Below are positions 20,463-29,976 of a stretch of DNA of 64,000 bases, in pieces. The notes beneath the pieces were generated by a model. The model worked only from the letters and a program-made list of their open reading frames with translations. It made no database searches and had not been told where the DNA came from. The position numbers and the translations under genes are program-made. Source of the stretch: Nitrososphaerota archaeon (GTDB lineage Archaea > Thermoproteota > Nitrososphaeria_A > Caldarchaeales > Calditenuaceae). The stretch's first letter is position 1. The number at the start of each line of letters is the position of its first letter. The stretch is taken from positions 224,001 through 288,000 of the forward strand of contig JBEPYO010000001.1 of the NCBI GenBank assembly GCA_041641295.1, written 5' to 3'.

Positions 20463-22530
20463 CCACCACGTCTCCCAAGTTAAATCTGGGTGCGGTATCT
20501 TCGGTGTACTGCGGAAGGCTCACTCAAGGACTATACCGTCTGCCTATGCCCTCAACGCCATCGAATGTGTAAGGTATAGGGGCAGCAAAATGGGGGCTGG
20601 ATTCGCAAGGATTAGGCTGGACTCAGCGCGGGGTTGGAGAGTAAAGGCCTTCGCGGTATCCGATACAGTCGCTTACCAGATATTCGACATGCTCGAGGAA
20701 AATGGACATGTAGAGGTCTTATCTCAGCCCTCACCCGAGTACGCTCCCATGAATGGGGCCCTGACATCCTATACCGCGTATGTTGATGCCAGCTACGAAA
20801 GCCTCTGGAGCGCGGTCCAAGAGGTTAATGAGGTGCTCTGGAGGGATGGATTCAAGGGGCGAATATATTCCTGGGGCAGGTTTGTTGACGTGTATAAGGG
20901 TGTTGGATACCCGGCCGATGTCTATAGCCTCTACCAGATGGAGAACCGGGGTTTAGATGCTGATCTATGGATTGCCCACACGAGGCAGCCCACGAACTCT
21001 CCGGGAAGGCTGCCGGTATGGTCTCACCCGTTCTCCAGCGGTGACTGGGCTATTGTCCATAATGGCGACATAAGCTCTTTCGGCTCTAACATGGAGCTTC
21101 TCTGGTCGCTTGGCTATGAGAGCTTTGTAGGCACAGATAGTGAAGTAATCGCCTACCTCCTCGACTATCTAACCAGCATCCAACGCCTCAACGTGCAGGA
21201 AGCTGTAAGGATACTGTGCAACAGGTTTAACAGAGGTTTACCAGACCAAGAAAGCATTAAGCTGTTCTATAGGTGGCGTGGAGCGCGACTGGATGGGCCT
21301 TTCAGCGTCATAGCGGGGTTCTGCGATGGAGACGACGTATACATGGTGGCGTTCGCTGACCGCTTCAAATTTAGGCCAATCATAGTCGGCGAGGATGAAA
21401 ACTACATCTACGCCGCCAGCGAAGAAGCACAGATAAGGACGATCAGCCCAGAAGCCAACGTCTGGACCATAGAGCCTGGAGACTACTTCCTCGCCTCATT
21501 GAAGAAGGGGGTAATTTATCCGGGGAGGACTCTTCATGAAAGATTTTATACCCTGTCCACACAGCTCAAGCACCCTCCCACCACTAGGGATTGCATTGAC
21601 GCATCTTACATGAATTATAGGATGCTAAACCAAGCCATTTTGGAGAGGATAAAGGCCGGGGCTAGGCAAGTAGACATCATCAACGTTAGAGGGCAGAGGT
21701 ATATCGGCGTTGGGCTGGACTATCCCGTAAAGCTCAGAATCTTCGGCACACCCGGGAACTGCCTCGCGAACCTGAACAAGAGCCTCGAGATCGAGGTTTT
21801 CGGAAACGTCCAAGACGATGTTGGGGATGTCATGACGGGAGGGCGCGTAATAGTTCACGGCGATGCTAGGGATGTTCTTGCCCAAGCCTTTCAAGGAGGA
21901 GCCATCTATGTCAAGGGCAACGCGGGCAACAGGTGTGGTATACAGATGAGAGAGTATAGGGATAGGCGTCCCGTATTGATGATCGGCGGCAGGGTCGACG
22001 ACTATCTCGGCGAGTATATGGCCGGAGGAGTGATTGTTGTCTTGGGCCTAAACTACCTTGATACCGATGTGGAGATTGTTGGAGACTGCGTGGCGAGCGG
22101 CATGGTTGGTGGGACAATATACATTAGGGGTAAGGTCAGTCCAAGAAAGATAGGTCTCAACCCTCCCAGAGCCGACGTTATGCAGTATTTACGCGGGCTA
22201 TTATTAGAAGAGATGATATCCCTAAAAGAATACGAGGCAATAGAGTCGCTCAAAGACTTCTCACTCATCACGCTCAGAGAAATACTGTCGCCAGAGGCTG
22301 TTAAGCACGTCTCCAAACTATACGTAAACAAATACTGGAAAGAGCTTGTGGTAGAGTATCGAAGACTAAGTAGCAGCGATCTAGCAGTTCTCCAACCCCA
22401 TTTCGAAGAGTTCGGCAAAATCTTCAACCTTAGAGAAGAGGTTAACAGAGTTGTCGAGGAAAACTATTTTACTATAATATACCCGAAGCCGGATACTCGC
22501 ACAAGAGTAGAAGAACCTGAAGAGGGCTAA
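20452..22530 (+). CDS. Glutamate synthase amidotransferase + GXGXG domain fusion (GltB1-GltB3); probable CTG start at 20452
   Basis: In-frame upstream of the annotated ATG is SG-CGIFG (Ntn nucleophile Cys at 20491) and YRG; also HTRQPTNS, HPF, HNGDI, DSE, GEYMAGG beta-helix repeats. Confidence 0.9.
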   Translation: MESSHHVSQVKSGCGIFGVLRKAHSRTIPSAYALNAIECVRYRGSKMGAGFARIRLDSARGWRVKAFAVSDTVAYQIFDMLEENGHVEVLSQPSPEYAPMNGALTSYTAYVDASYESLWSAVQEVNEVLWRDGFKGRIYSWGRFVDVYKGVGYPADVYSLYQMENRGLDADLWIAHTRQPTNSPGRLPVWSHPFSSGDWAIVHNGDISSFGSNMELLWSLGYESFVGTDSEVIAYLLDYLTSIQRLNVQEAVRILCNRFNRGLPDQESIKLFYRWRGARLDGPFSVIAGFCDGDDVYMVAFADRFKFRPIIVGEDENYIYAASEEAQIRTISPEANVWTIEPGDYFLASLKKGVIYPGRTLHERFYTLSTQLKHPPTTRDCIDASYMNYRMLNQAILERIKAGARQVDIINVRGQRYIGVGLDYPVKLRIFGTPGNCLANLNKSLEIEVFGNVQDDVGDVMTGGRVIVHGDARDVLAQAFQGGAIYVKGNAGNRCGIQMREYRDRRPVLMIGGRVDDYLGEYMAGGVIVVLGLNYLDTDVEIVGDCVASGMVGGTIYIRGKVSPRKIGLNPPRADVMQYLRGLLLEEMISLKEYEAIESLKDFSLITLREILSPEAVKHVSKLYVNKYWKELVVEYRRLSSSDLAVLQPHFEEFGKIFNLREEVNRVVEENYFTIIYPKPDTRTRVEEPEEG

Positions 22531-23015
22531 ACGCTTTCCACTAGTTGGGGGGAGAAGAAGTCCTCCTTCACAACCTCCAAGACAATATGCGTTGACGTTC
22601 TCTCAACGTAGGGCATCCTTAAGACCTTCTTCACAAACTGGCTAAGCTCCTGCCGATCTCTAAACCTAGCTATGATTATCGAGTCTACCTCGCCTGTAAC
22701 ATCATAGACCGCGACAACGTTCGGCTCCTTAGCCAGCTCCCTCTGGACCTCGAGAAGCCTCCCCTCCCTAATCACAAGCTCTATTACAGCAGTGATATCG
22801 TAGCCGAATTTCTCGTAGTCTATCAGGGCGGCGAACCCCTTGATCAGACCGTTCCTCTGCAGCCGTGAAACACGGTATGCAACCGTTGCCACCGAGACGC
22901 CCAGCGCCTTCGCCAGCTCCCTATAGGAGGCACGCCCATTTCGACTGAGTATGTTTATGAGTTTAAGGTCGACTTCATCAACTTTTTTCAACATTTCGCG
23001 TAAATCCTTGGACAC
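22527..23015 (-). CDS. Lrp/AsnC family transcriptional regulator
   Basis: NGRASYRELAKALGVSVATV HTH; YDVTGEVD RAM domain. Confidence 0.95.
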   Translation of the reverse strand: MSKDLREMLKKVDEVDLKLINILSRNGRASYRELAKALGVSVATVAYRVSRLQRNGLIKGFAALIDYEKFGYDITAVIELVIREGRLLEVQRELAKEPNVVAVYDVTGEVDSIIIARFRDRQELSQFVKKVLRMPYVERTSTHIVLEVVKEDFFSPQLVESV

Positions 23016-23052
23016 CCCTATATAAACCCTTCAACTATACCGTATAGCCCGA

Positions 23053-24171
23053 TTAAACCCCCTTCGAGTCTTCCCCCGCCTTTCTAGTCGCCGGTCTTTT
23101 AGAGGCAGCCCTAAGCCTCTGCCCCCTTTCCTGCCTAATGTATACCGTTCTGACGGGGAAGGGTATCTCGATCCCCTCAGCCCTCAGTCTTTTGACAAGC
23201 CTCTTATTCATCTCATGTATCTGTCGACCACGCTCTCTAACGTTAGTCGCTCTCCAGATGACTGTAAAATTGAGCGAGTAGTCTGCAGGCGCGAATCTTA
23301 TCAGTGGAGTGAAGTCGGGGTTTGCCCCGCCCATCTCCTTGACCGCTTTGCTCGCCTCGTCGAGTAGTATCTGTTCGACCCTGTCGGGATCCTCATCATA
23401 GCTAACACCTATAGTTGTGGAGAGTGAGAGCTCCTGTTCGGGCAGATCATAGTTAGTCGCTATCGACTCGGCAAGCTTCTTGTTCGGGATTATTATTAGG
23501 TTATTTTGAAGCGTTTGGATCTTAGTTGTTCTCCAGCTTATGTCGACCACCGTTCCCTCGCCCACACCCTCGATGCTTATGTAGTCTCCAACCCTTATCG
23601 ACTTCTCGGCCAAGATGTAGAAGCCGGAGAAGAAGTTCGCCAGCGTGTCTTGGAGAGCCAGGGCTATGGCGAGGGCACCAATACCCAGCGAAGCTACGAG
23701 TGGTGTAATCTCTATTCCCAGCTCCGACAGGACTATCACAATACCCAGCGATAAGATAGCGAACTTCGTGATGACCTGCCCCAGACTAGTCACTTGGATG
23801 GCCGCCCCAATCTTGGATCCGTAGTATTTTATCACCCCCGAAGCTATGTTGGCTACAGTCCATGCGATGGAGAGTATAAGAAGGGCTAGGAGACCCCTGT
23901 CAATAACCACGGCAAACTGGGCGGGAAGACGGATTAAACCAACCGCCGCATAGATCCCTCCTACGAAGAACCAGAGAATTATCGGAGAGCGGATAGCCCC
24001 GAGTATGACGTCGTCAAGCTTAGTCTCAGTCCTCTCTGCCCAATGCCGGATAATCCTCGTCAGAAGTTTTCTAACAGCAAAACCAATGGCTAAAATTATT
24101 GAAAAAACCAGAGCGGGGTACAGGAACTCCTCTAGCGCTGACATTTCTATGCTCGCTGTAAGCCCATCCAA
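23053..24171 (-). CDS. mscS: MscS small-conductance mechanosensitive channel
   Basis: LGIGALAIALALQDTLANFFSG, VGDYI, IIPN, GIEIPFP. Confidence 0.93.
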   Translation of the reverse strand: MDGLTASIEMSALEEFLYPALVFSIILAIGFAVRKLLTRIIRHWAERTETKLDDVILGAIRSPIILWFFVGGIYAAVGLIRLPAQFAVVIDRGLLALLILSIAWTVANIASGVIKYYGSKIGAAIQVTSLGQVITKFAILSLGIVIVLSELGIEITPLVASLGIGALAIALALQDTLANFFSGFYILAEKSIRVGDYISIEGVGEGTVVDISWRTTKIQTLQNNLIIIPNKKLAESIATNYDLPEQELSLSTTIGVSYDEDPDRVEQILLDEASKAVKEMGGANPDFTPLIRFAPADYSLNFTVIWRATNVRERGRQIHEMNKRLVKRLRAEGIEIPFPVRTVYIRQERGQRLRAASKRPATRKAGEDSKGV

Positions 24172-24197
24172 GTAATAAATCGTAAGCCTAAGAAAAG

Positions 24198-24321
24198 TAG
24201 CCCGGGCCGGATTCGAACCGGCGTCCCCGGGGATCCCCTCCGCATGAGGGATCCAGAGCCCGGGATCCTTGGCCCCTCACGTCTGGCCATTTGGGGGGTT
24301 TGGCCGCTAGACGACCGGGCT
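24198..24321 (-). tRNA. tRNA-Gln(CUG) with two introns: about 31 nt at 21/22 (24269-24299) and 20 nt at 37/38 (24233-24252)
   Basis: Removing both inserts gives AGCCCGGTCGTCTAGCGGCCAAGGATCCCGGG-CTCTGGC-CCCGGGGACGCCGGTTCGAATCCGGCCCGGGCTA; both junctions fit bulge-helix-bulge geometry. Confidence 0.9.
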
Positions 24322-24408
24322 ATTCTCGAGATAATGTTACGGTGGCTGGTATTTTATTCTTATTGCCGCGGATGCGCATCTTTTTAACCATCTCTTGATC
24401 AATATGTT

Positions 24409-25230
24409 GTGGCGGAGCAGATGAGCGAGTCGCTACTTCATTTAAGATTCACCCCCGAGATGAGGAGTCCAGCAATAGTCATAGGATTCTCTGGCTGGCC
24501 GGACGCAGGCGGAGTCTCTTCCCTCTCAATCTCTTATCTCAGGGAGCTCCTGAATGCTAGCCAGATCGGGCACATCGACATGTCCCAATTCATCGACCAC
24601 ACACAGCATAGGCCGGTGGTGGTTATCGAGGATGGGATTCTGAAGTCTATAGGGATGCCGGGCTTCGAGATTTATTGGGGGATTGCCGCCGAGAGGGACG
24701 TGATAATGATACGAGGATATGAGCCGATGAGTGGTTGGGACAAGCTGGTCAAAGCCATATTCGCTCTCGCAGATAGGTTTGGCGTGGAGAGACTAGTCTC
24801 TATCGGCGGACTACTCGACAGAGTGCCACACACCAGGCCTGTCAGAATATCATTCTTAACAACAGACAAGGAGCTCTACTATAAGGCCCTCTCACTTGGG
24901 TTGAGGCCCTCTAACTATCAGGGCCCAGCAAGCATCCACAGCTACCTAATGTACGAGTGTGGGAAGCTGGGCTTGAAGGCAGTATCCATATGGGGCCATG
25001 TCCCCCACTACCTCAACATAGCAAACCCACGCGTAGTCGCTAGCGTGCTCGAGAAGGTGGGAGCAGTCCTTGACATGCAGCTCAACCTCGACAGACTTTA
25101 CGTTGAGGCCTCGGTGTTTGAGGGCAAAGTATCAAGTCTAGTAGAGAATGACAGCGACCTTAGACGGATAGTCGAAAGTTTAGAGAGGGAGTATGACGAG
25201 GAATCAAGACCCCCGGGCTACATAGTTTAG
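24409..25230 (+). CDS. PAC2 family proteasome assembly chaperone
   Basis: GFSGWPDAG, RP, EP..W, VPHTRP, YQGPASI, WGHVPHY. Confidence 0.9.
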   Translation: MAEQMSESLLHLRFTPEMRSPAIVIGFSGWPDAGGVSSLSISYLRELLNASQIGHIDMSQFIDHTQHRPVVVIEDGILKSIGMPGFEIYWGIAAERDVIMIRGYEPMSGWDKLVKAIFALADRFGVERLVSIGGLLDRVPHTRPVRISFLTTDKELYYKALSLGLRPSNYQGPASIHSYLMYECGKLGLKAVSIWGHVPHYLNIANPRVVASVLEKVGAVLDMQLNLDRLYVEASVFEGKVSSLVENDSDLRRIVESLEREYDEESRPPGYIV

Positions 25231-25475
25231 CATTATACATAAATCACCTCCGTCATCCGAAAGTCGCTCCCTACTGGAACGATGTGAACTATGCTGCAAT
25301 AGAGCTTAGACTGACGGAGGGTCTCTGGTGAAGTAATACAGTATTTTTAGGCGCCAAAATAAAGTCGGGAAGGCTTTTACCGACTCATCGACACATGTGA
25401 ACCCTCGGAACCTCCTCCTCACCACTAGGTAACTCTGGGAAAAATTCAATAACATGGTATTAACTCCACCTAGAA

Positions 25476-26333
25476 GTGAGATTTACAATAATTGGATGCG
25501 GACGAATGGGTTCATGGTTCGCAGAGAGACTCGCTAAAAGAGGTGCGGATCTCCTGCTCATCGACCGGGAGAGGAGAAGGGCTGCCGATATTGCTGGGAA
25601 AGTTGGTGGAAGGGTCGTAACATCTCTAGACGATATTCCCCCACAGTCGCCGATTCTACTCGCCCTGCCCATTAAAGCGACCTTCGAAGTTCTAGGCCAG
25701 CTTGCCAAGATTAAAAGCCGCCGGTTCAGAATAGTTGAGATATCTTCCTTCAAGAAGCCTTTGCTGAGACAGATAGTCTATGCGAGGAGGAGAGGGCACG
25801 TAGTGGCCTCGATACACCCCCTTTTCGGGCCCGGACAGAGGGACGATAGGGGAACCGTTACGATCCACGTGGGGAGGGAGAATAGGGCAGAGGATATAAT
25901 TGTGCGGAGGCTGCTTCCGAGAACTACGATCCATAAGATGACGTGGTCAGAACATGACAAGGTCATGCTTGTTGCCCTCTCCCTCACACATTTTATAGGG
26001 ATCTCATCCGCTCAGCTATTATCAAGGACGGCAACTATGGGTGTGATGACAAAGAGCTTAGAGGCCCTTCTGACACTAGTCTCCATCAGCCTCCTAGAGC
26101 CCACTGAGTTTTACACCGAGTATCCTATGACAAATCCTGAAGCGATAAAACTATTCAAGAAATACAGGGATTCAGTTACAGAATTGGTTGAGGTATTAGA
26201 GAGGACTAAGGCAGCTGAGAATGTAAGCAAGGTTAAAAGAATCCTAAGCACACGATATGATCTGGACAGAATATACAAGCACTTCTACTCCACTCCAAGC
26301 CCCTCAGTGGTTGCAGAGAAGGACGAGCGGTGA
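25476..26333 (+). CDS. Prephenate/arogenate dehydrogenase
   Basis: GCGRMG, EISSFK, SIHPLFGP, EHDKVM, LTH. Confidence 0.85.
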   Translation: MRFTIIGCGRMGSWFAERLAKRGADLLLIDRERRRAADIAGKVGGRVVTSLDDIPPQSPILLALPIKATFEVLGQLAKIKSRRFRIVEISSFKKPLLRQIVYARRRGHVVASIHPLFGPGQRDDRGTVTIHVGRENRAEDIIVRRLLPRTTIHKMTWSEHDKVMLVALSLTHFIGISSAQLLSRTATMGVMTKSLEALLTLVSISLLEPTEFYTEYPMTNPEAIKLFKKYRDSVTELVEVLERTKAAENVSKVKRILSTRYDLDRIYKHFYSTPSPSVVAEKDER

Positions 26334-26426
26334 AGCTCCAGACCATCCACTATAGCGCGCGGTACTGCAAATCTGCGTACCTCCGATATTTATATATACG
26401 AAACACAGTGCTCATCCACCTAAGGT

Positions 26427-27002
26427 ATGAGGAGATCAATTAAATCCTCAAGGGTAGCAGCATCTAGGCTAGCGGTCGCGATCGTTGTTGCAGCAGTAAT
26501 AGTGGTCGTTGCAGCAGTCTCGTTCCTCTATTTGATTCCGAGAGGCCCCACAGAGATTTCGCTGACGGCTCAGGAGTTTGGGTTTAACCAACCATCAGGG
26601 GGTCCAACCATTCGAATCAAGAGTGGAGAACAGGTAAAGATAGTCCTAGTGAATAGGGGAGGGATGGATCACGAGTTTATGATCGTTAAGAATGTGGAAA
26701 GTTTCCACAGCGAGCTGGATAAGAAGGTGATGGAGCTTCAGGGCATGGGGATGAGTATGGAGGAGATAATGGAGTCTGAGGAGTTAGAAATGCTTCACCA
26801 CAAGTATGTTGTCATGGATGTTCTTACAGTAAATGGGGTGAAAGAGAGCGAGGTTGAGGTTGAGCCCGGGGAGAGAAAGGAGTTCTTCCTAACCCTTACT
26901 GAGCCTGGAACGTATTACTATGTTTGCGCTGAGGTAGTTGGAGTGTTCCCCCACAGCCACATCGACAGGGGGATGTGGGGAGTGATAGAGGTTACACAAT
27001 AG
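26427..27002 (+). CDS. Membrane-anchored cupredoxin (sulfocyanin/rusticyanin-like blue copper protein)
   Basis: N-terminal TM helix; N.G.MDHEF and PGTYYYVC-x9-H-x4-M type-1 Cu ligands. Confidence 0.85.
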   Translation: MRRSIKSSRVAASRLAVAIVVAAVIVVVAAVSFLYLIPRGPTEISLTAQEFGFNQPSGGPTIRIKSGEQVKIVLVNRGGMDHEFMIVKNVESFHSELDKKVMELQGMGMSMEEIMESEELEMLHHKYVVMDVLTVNGVKESEVEVEPGERKEFFLTLTEPGTYYYVCAEVVGVFPHSHIDRGMWGVIEVTQ

Positions 27003-27194
27003 AAGCTATGGTCTATCCCATGTGGTAGTCAGCAGTTATACGGCAGAAGTCTTGGTCTAGAGGTACGGCACATTCTCAACCCAGACTGTCTCTCGGTATG
27101 ATTGAGGCGGTAGAGTTCAGGCATAGTCCGTATTATTGATCCAATGGATTGTTGGTTGGAAAGGCTCATATATCCGACAGAAACTATCTAATCC

Positions 27195-27800
27195 GTGCAG
27201 AGGTATACTCTTCCCCAACTACCTTACGCATACAATGCTCTCGAGCCAGTAATCTCTGAGCAGATTATGACGCTACACCACACGAAACACCACCAAGCAT
27301 ACGTGAATGGCGCCAACGCTGCCTTGGAGAAGATTGAGAAGGCTTCGCGCGGTGAGTTGGAGATCGATGTCCGAGCAGTGCTGAGGGATTTGAGCTTTAA
27401 CCTCGATGGGCATAAGCTTCACTCCATCTTCTGGCCAAACATGGCACCACCTGGCAAGGGGGGTGGAAAGCCTGGCGGCGGGATTGCAGATCGTATCGAG
27501 AAGGAATTTGGAGGGTTTGACCGGTTCAAAAAACTGTTTAGCGACGCGGCTAAGACGGTTGAGGGTGTGGGGTGGGCCCTCCTCCTCTACGACCCTGAGA
27601 CGGACAGACTGGTCTTAACGCAGATAGAGAAGCAGAATCTAATGCACCTCGCCCAGCTACCAATTCTACTATCGCTCGACGTATGGGAGCATGCATATTA
27701 CCTGCAATACAAGAATGACCGCGCCAGCTATGTGGATGCATGGTGGCAGGTTGTAAACTGGGACGATGTGGAGAAGAGGTTCAGCAAGGTTAAGGTTTAG
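27195..27800 (+). CDS. sod: Fe/Mn superoxide dismutase
   Basis: LPYAYNALEP, HHTKHHQAYV, HSIFW, DVWEHAYY. Confidence 0.97.
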   Translation: MQRYTLPQLPYAYNALEPVISEQIMTLHHTKHHQAYVNGANAALEKIEKASRGELEIDVRAVLRDLSFNLDGHKLHSIFWPNMAPPGKGGGKPGGGIADRIEKEFGGFDRFKKLFSDAAKTVEGVGWALLLYDPETDRLVLTQIEKQNLMHLAQLPILLSLDVWEHAYYLQYKNDRASYVDAWWQVVNWDDVEKRFSKVKV

Positions 27801-27839
27801 AAAGTAGAGCCTCAGTCCACCTACCGGTGTTGTCTATTT

Positions 27840-28955
27840 ATGAGGATTATCGAGTATGAGGGTTTCAGGCTTCTCTCAGAGGCCGGCATACCCATCCCAC
27901 GGTTCAGCGTAGTGGACGAGCCGGAAGGCGCTGTCGAAGCTGCAAAACAGATTGGGCTCCCCGCCGTCTTGAAGGCCCAGGTTCTAGTTGGGGGGAGAGG
28001 TAGGGCCGGTGGGGTGAAGGTTGTTGAGACTCTCGAAGATGCGAGAAGCGTTGCAAGCAGGCTCCTAGGCTCTGAGATTAGGGGTGAGAGGGTTCGGAAG
28101 CTGATCGTCGCTGAAGCTGTTAAACACTCTGAGGAGCTCTACCTATCCATAATTGTAGACAGGGCCTCAAACAGGCACCTGATACTCGCCTCCCGGATGG
28201 GAGGTGTCGATGTGGAGGAGCTCTCAAAGAGCCATCCAGAAGCCCTCATCAGGGTGCCCGTAGACCCACTAACCGGGCTGCGCGAATGGCATACGAGGAA
28301 ACTGGCAGCAAAGCTCAACCTATCTACAAACACCGCAACACAGCTCCAAGACATTGTAAAGAAACTATACAATCTCTACACACAGTATCATTGCGACCTA
28401 GCAGAAATAAATCCTCTAGCATTGACGGAGGATGGGAGGCTGATCGCCTTGGACGCTAAGATTATTGTCGACGATAATGCCGCTAGGATAAAAGGGTTTA
28501 GATTCGCGGCTGAGGCTGGCGCTGAGAGCGAGGCAGAGAAGCTGGGACTCAACTATGTTGAGCTGGACGGGGATATTGGCGTTGTCTGCAACGGCGCAGG
28601 ACTCACCATGGCTACCATGGACCTAATACATACATTGGGCGGTAGGCCCGGATGCTTCCTAGACCTTGGCGGAGGCGCATCCTCAGAGAGGGTGTACACG
28701 GCCCTCAAATTCCTCCTAAACAGGCCCCACATCAAGCTGGTTTTCCTAAACGTTCTGGGCGGCATTACAAGATGCGACGAGGTAGCGGAGGGGATAGTGA
28801 AGGCATTTGACGAGTTCGGAGGCTCCAAGAAAATTGTTGTGAGGCTGGTGGGGACTAGAGAGGAGGAGGGGAAGAGAATCCTAGAGTCTAGAAATATCGG
28901 GTATTTCACTAGAATGCTTGAGGCCGCTGAGGCGGCGGTTAAAGAGGCGGCCTAA
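27840..28955 (+). CDS. sucC: Succinyl-CoA synthetase beta subunit
   Basis: KAQVLVGGRGRAGG, EINPL, NGAGLTMATMD, FLDLGGG, GGITRCD. Confidence 0.94.
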   Translation: MRIIEYEGFRLLSEAGIPIPRFSVVDEPEGAVEAAKQIGLPAVLKAQVLVGGRGRAGGVKVVETLEDARSVASRLLGSEIRGERVRKLIVAEAVKHSEELYLSIIVDRASNRHLILASRMGGVDVEELSKSHPEALIRVPVDPLTGLREWHTRKLAAKLNLSTNTATQLQDIVKKLYNLYTQYHCDLAEINPLALTEDGRLIALDAKIIVDDNAARIKGFRFAAEAGAESEAEKLGLNYVELDGDIGVVCNGAGLTMATMDLIHTLGGRPGCFLDLGGGASSERVYTALKFLLNRPHIKLVFLNVLGGITRCDEVAEGIVKAFDEFGGSKKIVVRLVGTREEEGKRILESRNIGYFTRMLEAAEAAVKEAA

Positions 28956-28961
28956 ACGCAC

Positions 28962-29252
28962 CTAGGGAGAAGCAGGGATCTCTCGGCCCGCCTCGCTCTC
29001 AGCATTCAACTGCTCAGCCCTAGCCCTCAGACCACCCCTAAAGTCCCTTAGACCCAATATGACAACAGGGCATGCCAAGATGCTTAGAACAAGGTTAACC
29101 GAGAATAAGCCCGCCAACTCAGCCATCAGACCCTGGACAAGGGGTGAAGACGTCAATCCAAAGGCGACTAGGGCCAGCGCAGCGAGTGTAGGCGCCACTC
29201 CCAGCCCCAGACCGACCCCAACCTCTAAAAGCCCTCGAGCTACTCTATCCAT
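28962..29252 (-). CDS. Small membrane protein
   Basis: Two hydrophobic helices, ATG start. Confidence 0.5.
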   Translation of the reverse strand: MDRVARGLLEVGVGLGLGVAPTLAALALVAFGLTSSPLVQGLMAELAGLFSVNLVLSILACPVVILGLRDFRGGLRARAEQLNAESEAGREIPASP

Positions 29253-29386
29253 CCCGAAGACCCATCGAGCCGCATCCGAAAATAAAGGGTTTCGCCCGAC
29301 CAGATAGCCAAGGATTTCACGGTATTACGAAGCCAATATTTAGTAGAAGGTGAAATAATATATAATTGCCAGTGCCCCACTATAGC

Positions 29387-29917
29387 ATGGCAAAAATAAC
29401 CAACAATATAGCTGCTATAGTGGTTTTATCGATCTCCGCCATAGCCGTCGCGACGCTCTTAGTCTTCACAGTAATCGTGCCGGCTTCCCCCGGTGCGAGG
29501 CTCTTCACAGCCACACTTTCAGGCTTTAACGAGGTTCCATCTATTGTCTCGGGGGGCATCGGCTGGGCAACTGTGAGGATATCTGAGGATGGGAAAAGCA
29601 TATCCTATGAGCTTGTCTACTACGGCCTCGCCGACGTATCTATGGCACACATACACATAGGTAAGGACGGGCATGTTGGAGGTGTAGCCGTATGGCTCTG
29701 TGGAGGCCCCAAACCTGCATGTCCAAGCTCACACGGCAGAGTCACTGGGACACTATCGGCCTCTGATGTTCAAGCTATAGCTGGGCAGGGGCTTAGCGCA
29801 GGAGACCTCGACTCGGTGATAGAGGCTATAAGGGCTGGGGCCGCCTACGTGAATGTACATACAGCAAGGTTCCCGACAGGAGAGATTAGAGGACAGCTCA
29901 CTCCGATAGCAGGATAG
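29387..29917 (+). CDS. Secreted or membrane-anchored CHRD-domain protein
   Basis: Signal/TM helix; LSGFNEVP, AHIH.G, YVNVHT..FP.GEIRGQL. Confidence 0.9.
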   Translation: MAKITNNIAAIVVLSISAIAVATLLVFTVIVPASPGARLFTATLSGFNEVPSIVSGGIGWATVRISEDGKSISYELVYYGLADVSMAHIHIGKDGHVGGVAVWLCGGPKPACPSSHGRVTGTLSASDVQAIAGQGLSAGDLDSVIEAIRAGAAYVNVHTARFPTGEIRGQLTPIAG

Positions 29918-29976
29918 AGGACCGACTATCCAGAGAAAAAACCTGAAATTATTTATCTCCCGATATTTTCCTTACT

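Noticed and set aside
25382-25392. 11-mer GACTCATCGAC also present inverted at 50839-50849
   Set aside because: Matches of this length are expected by chance in 64 kb
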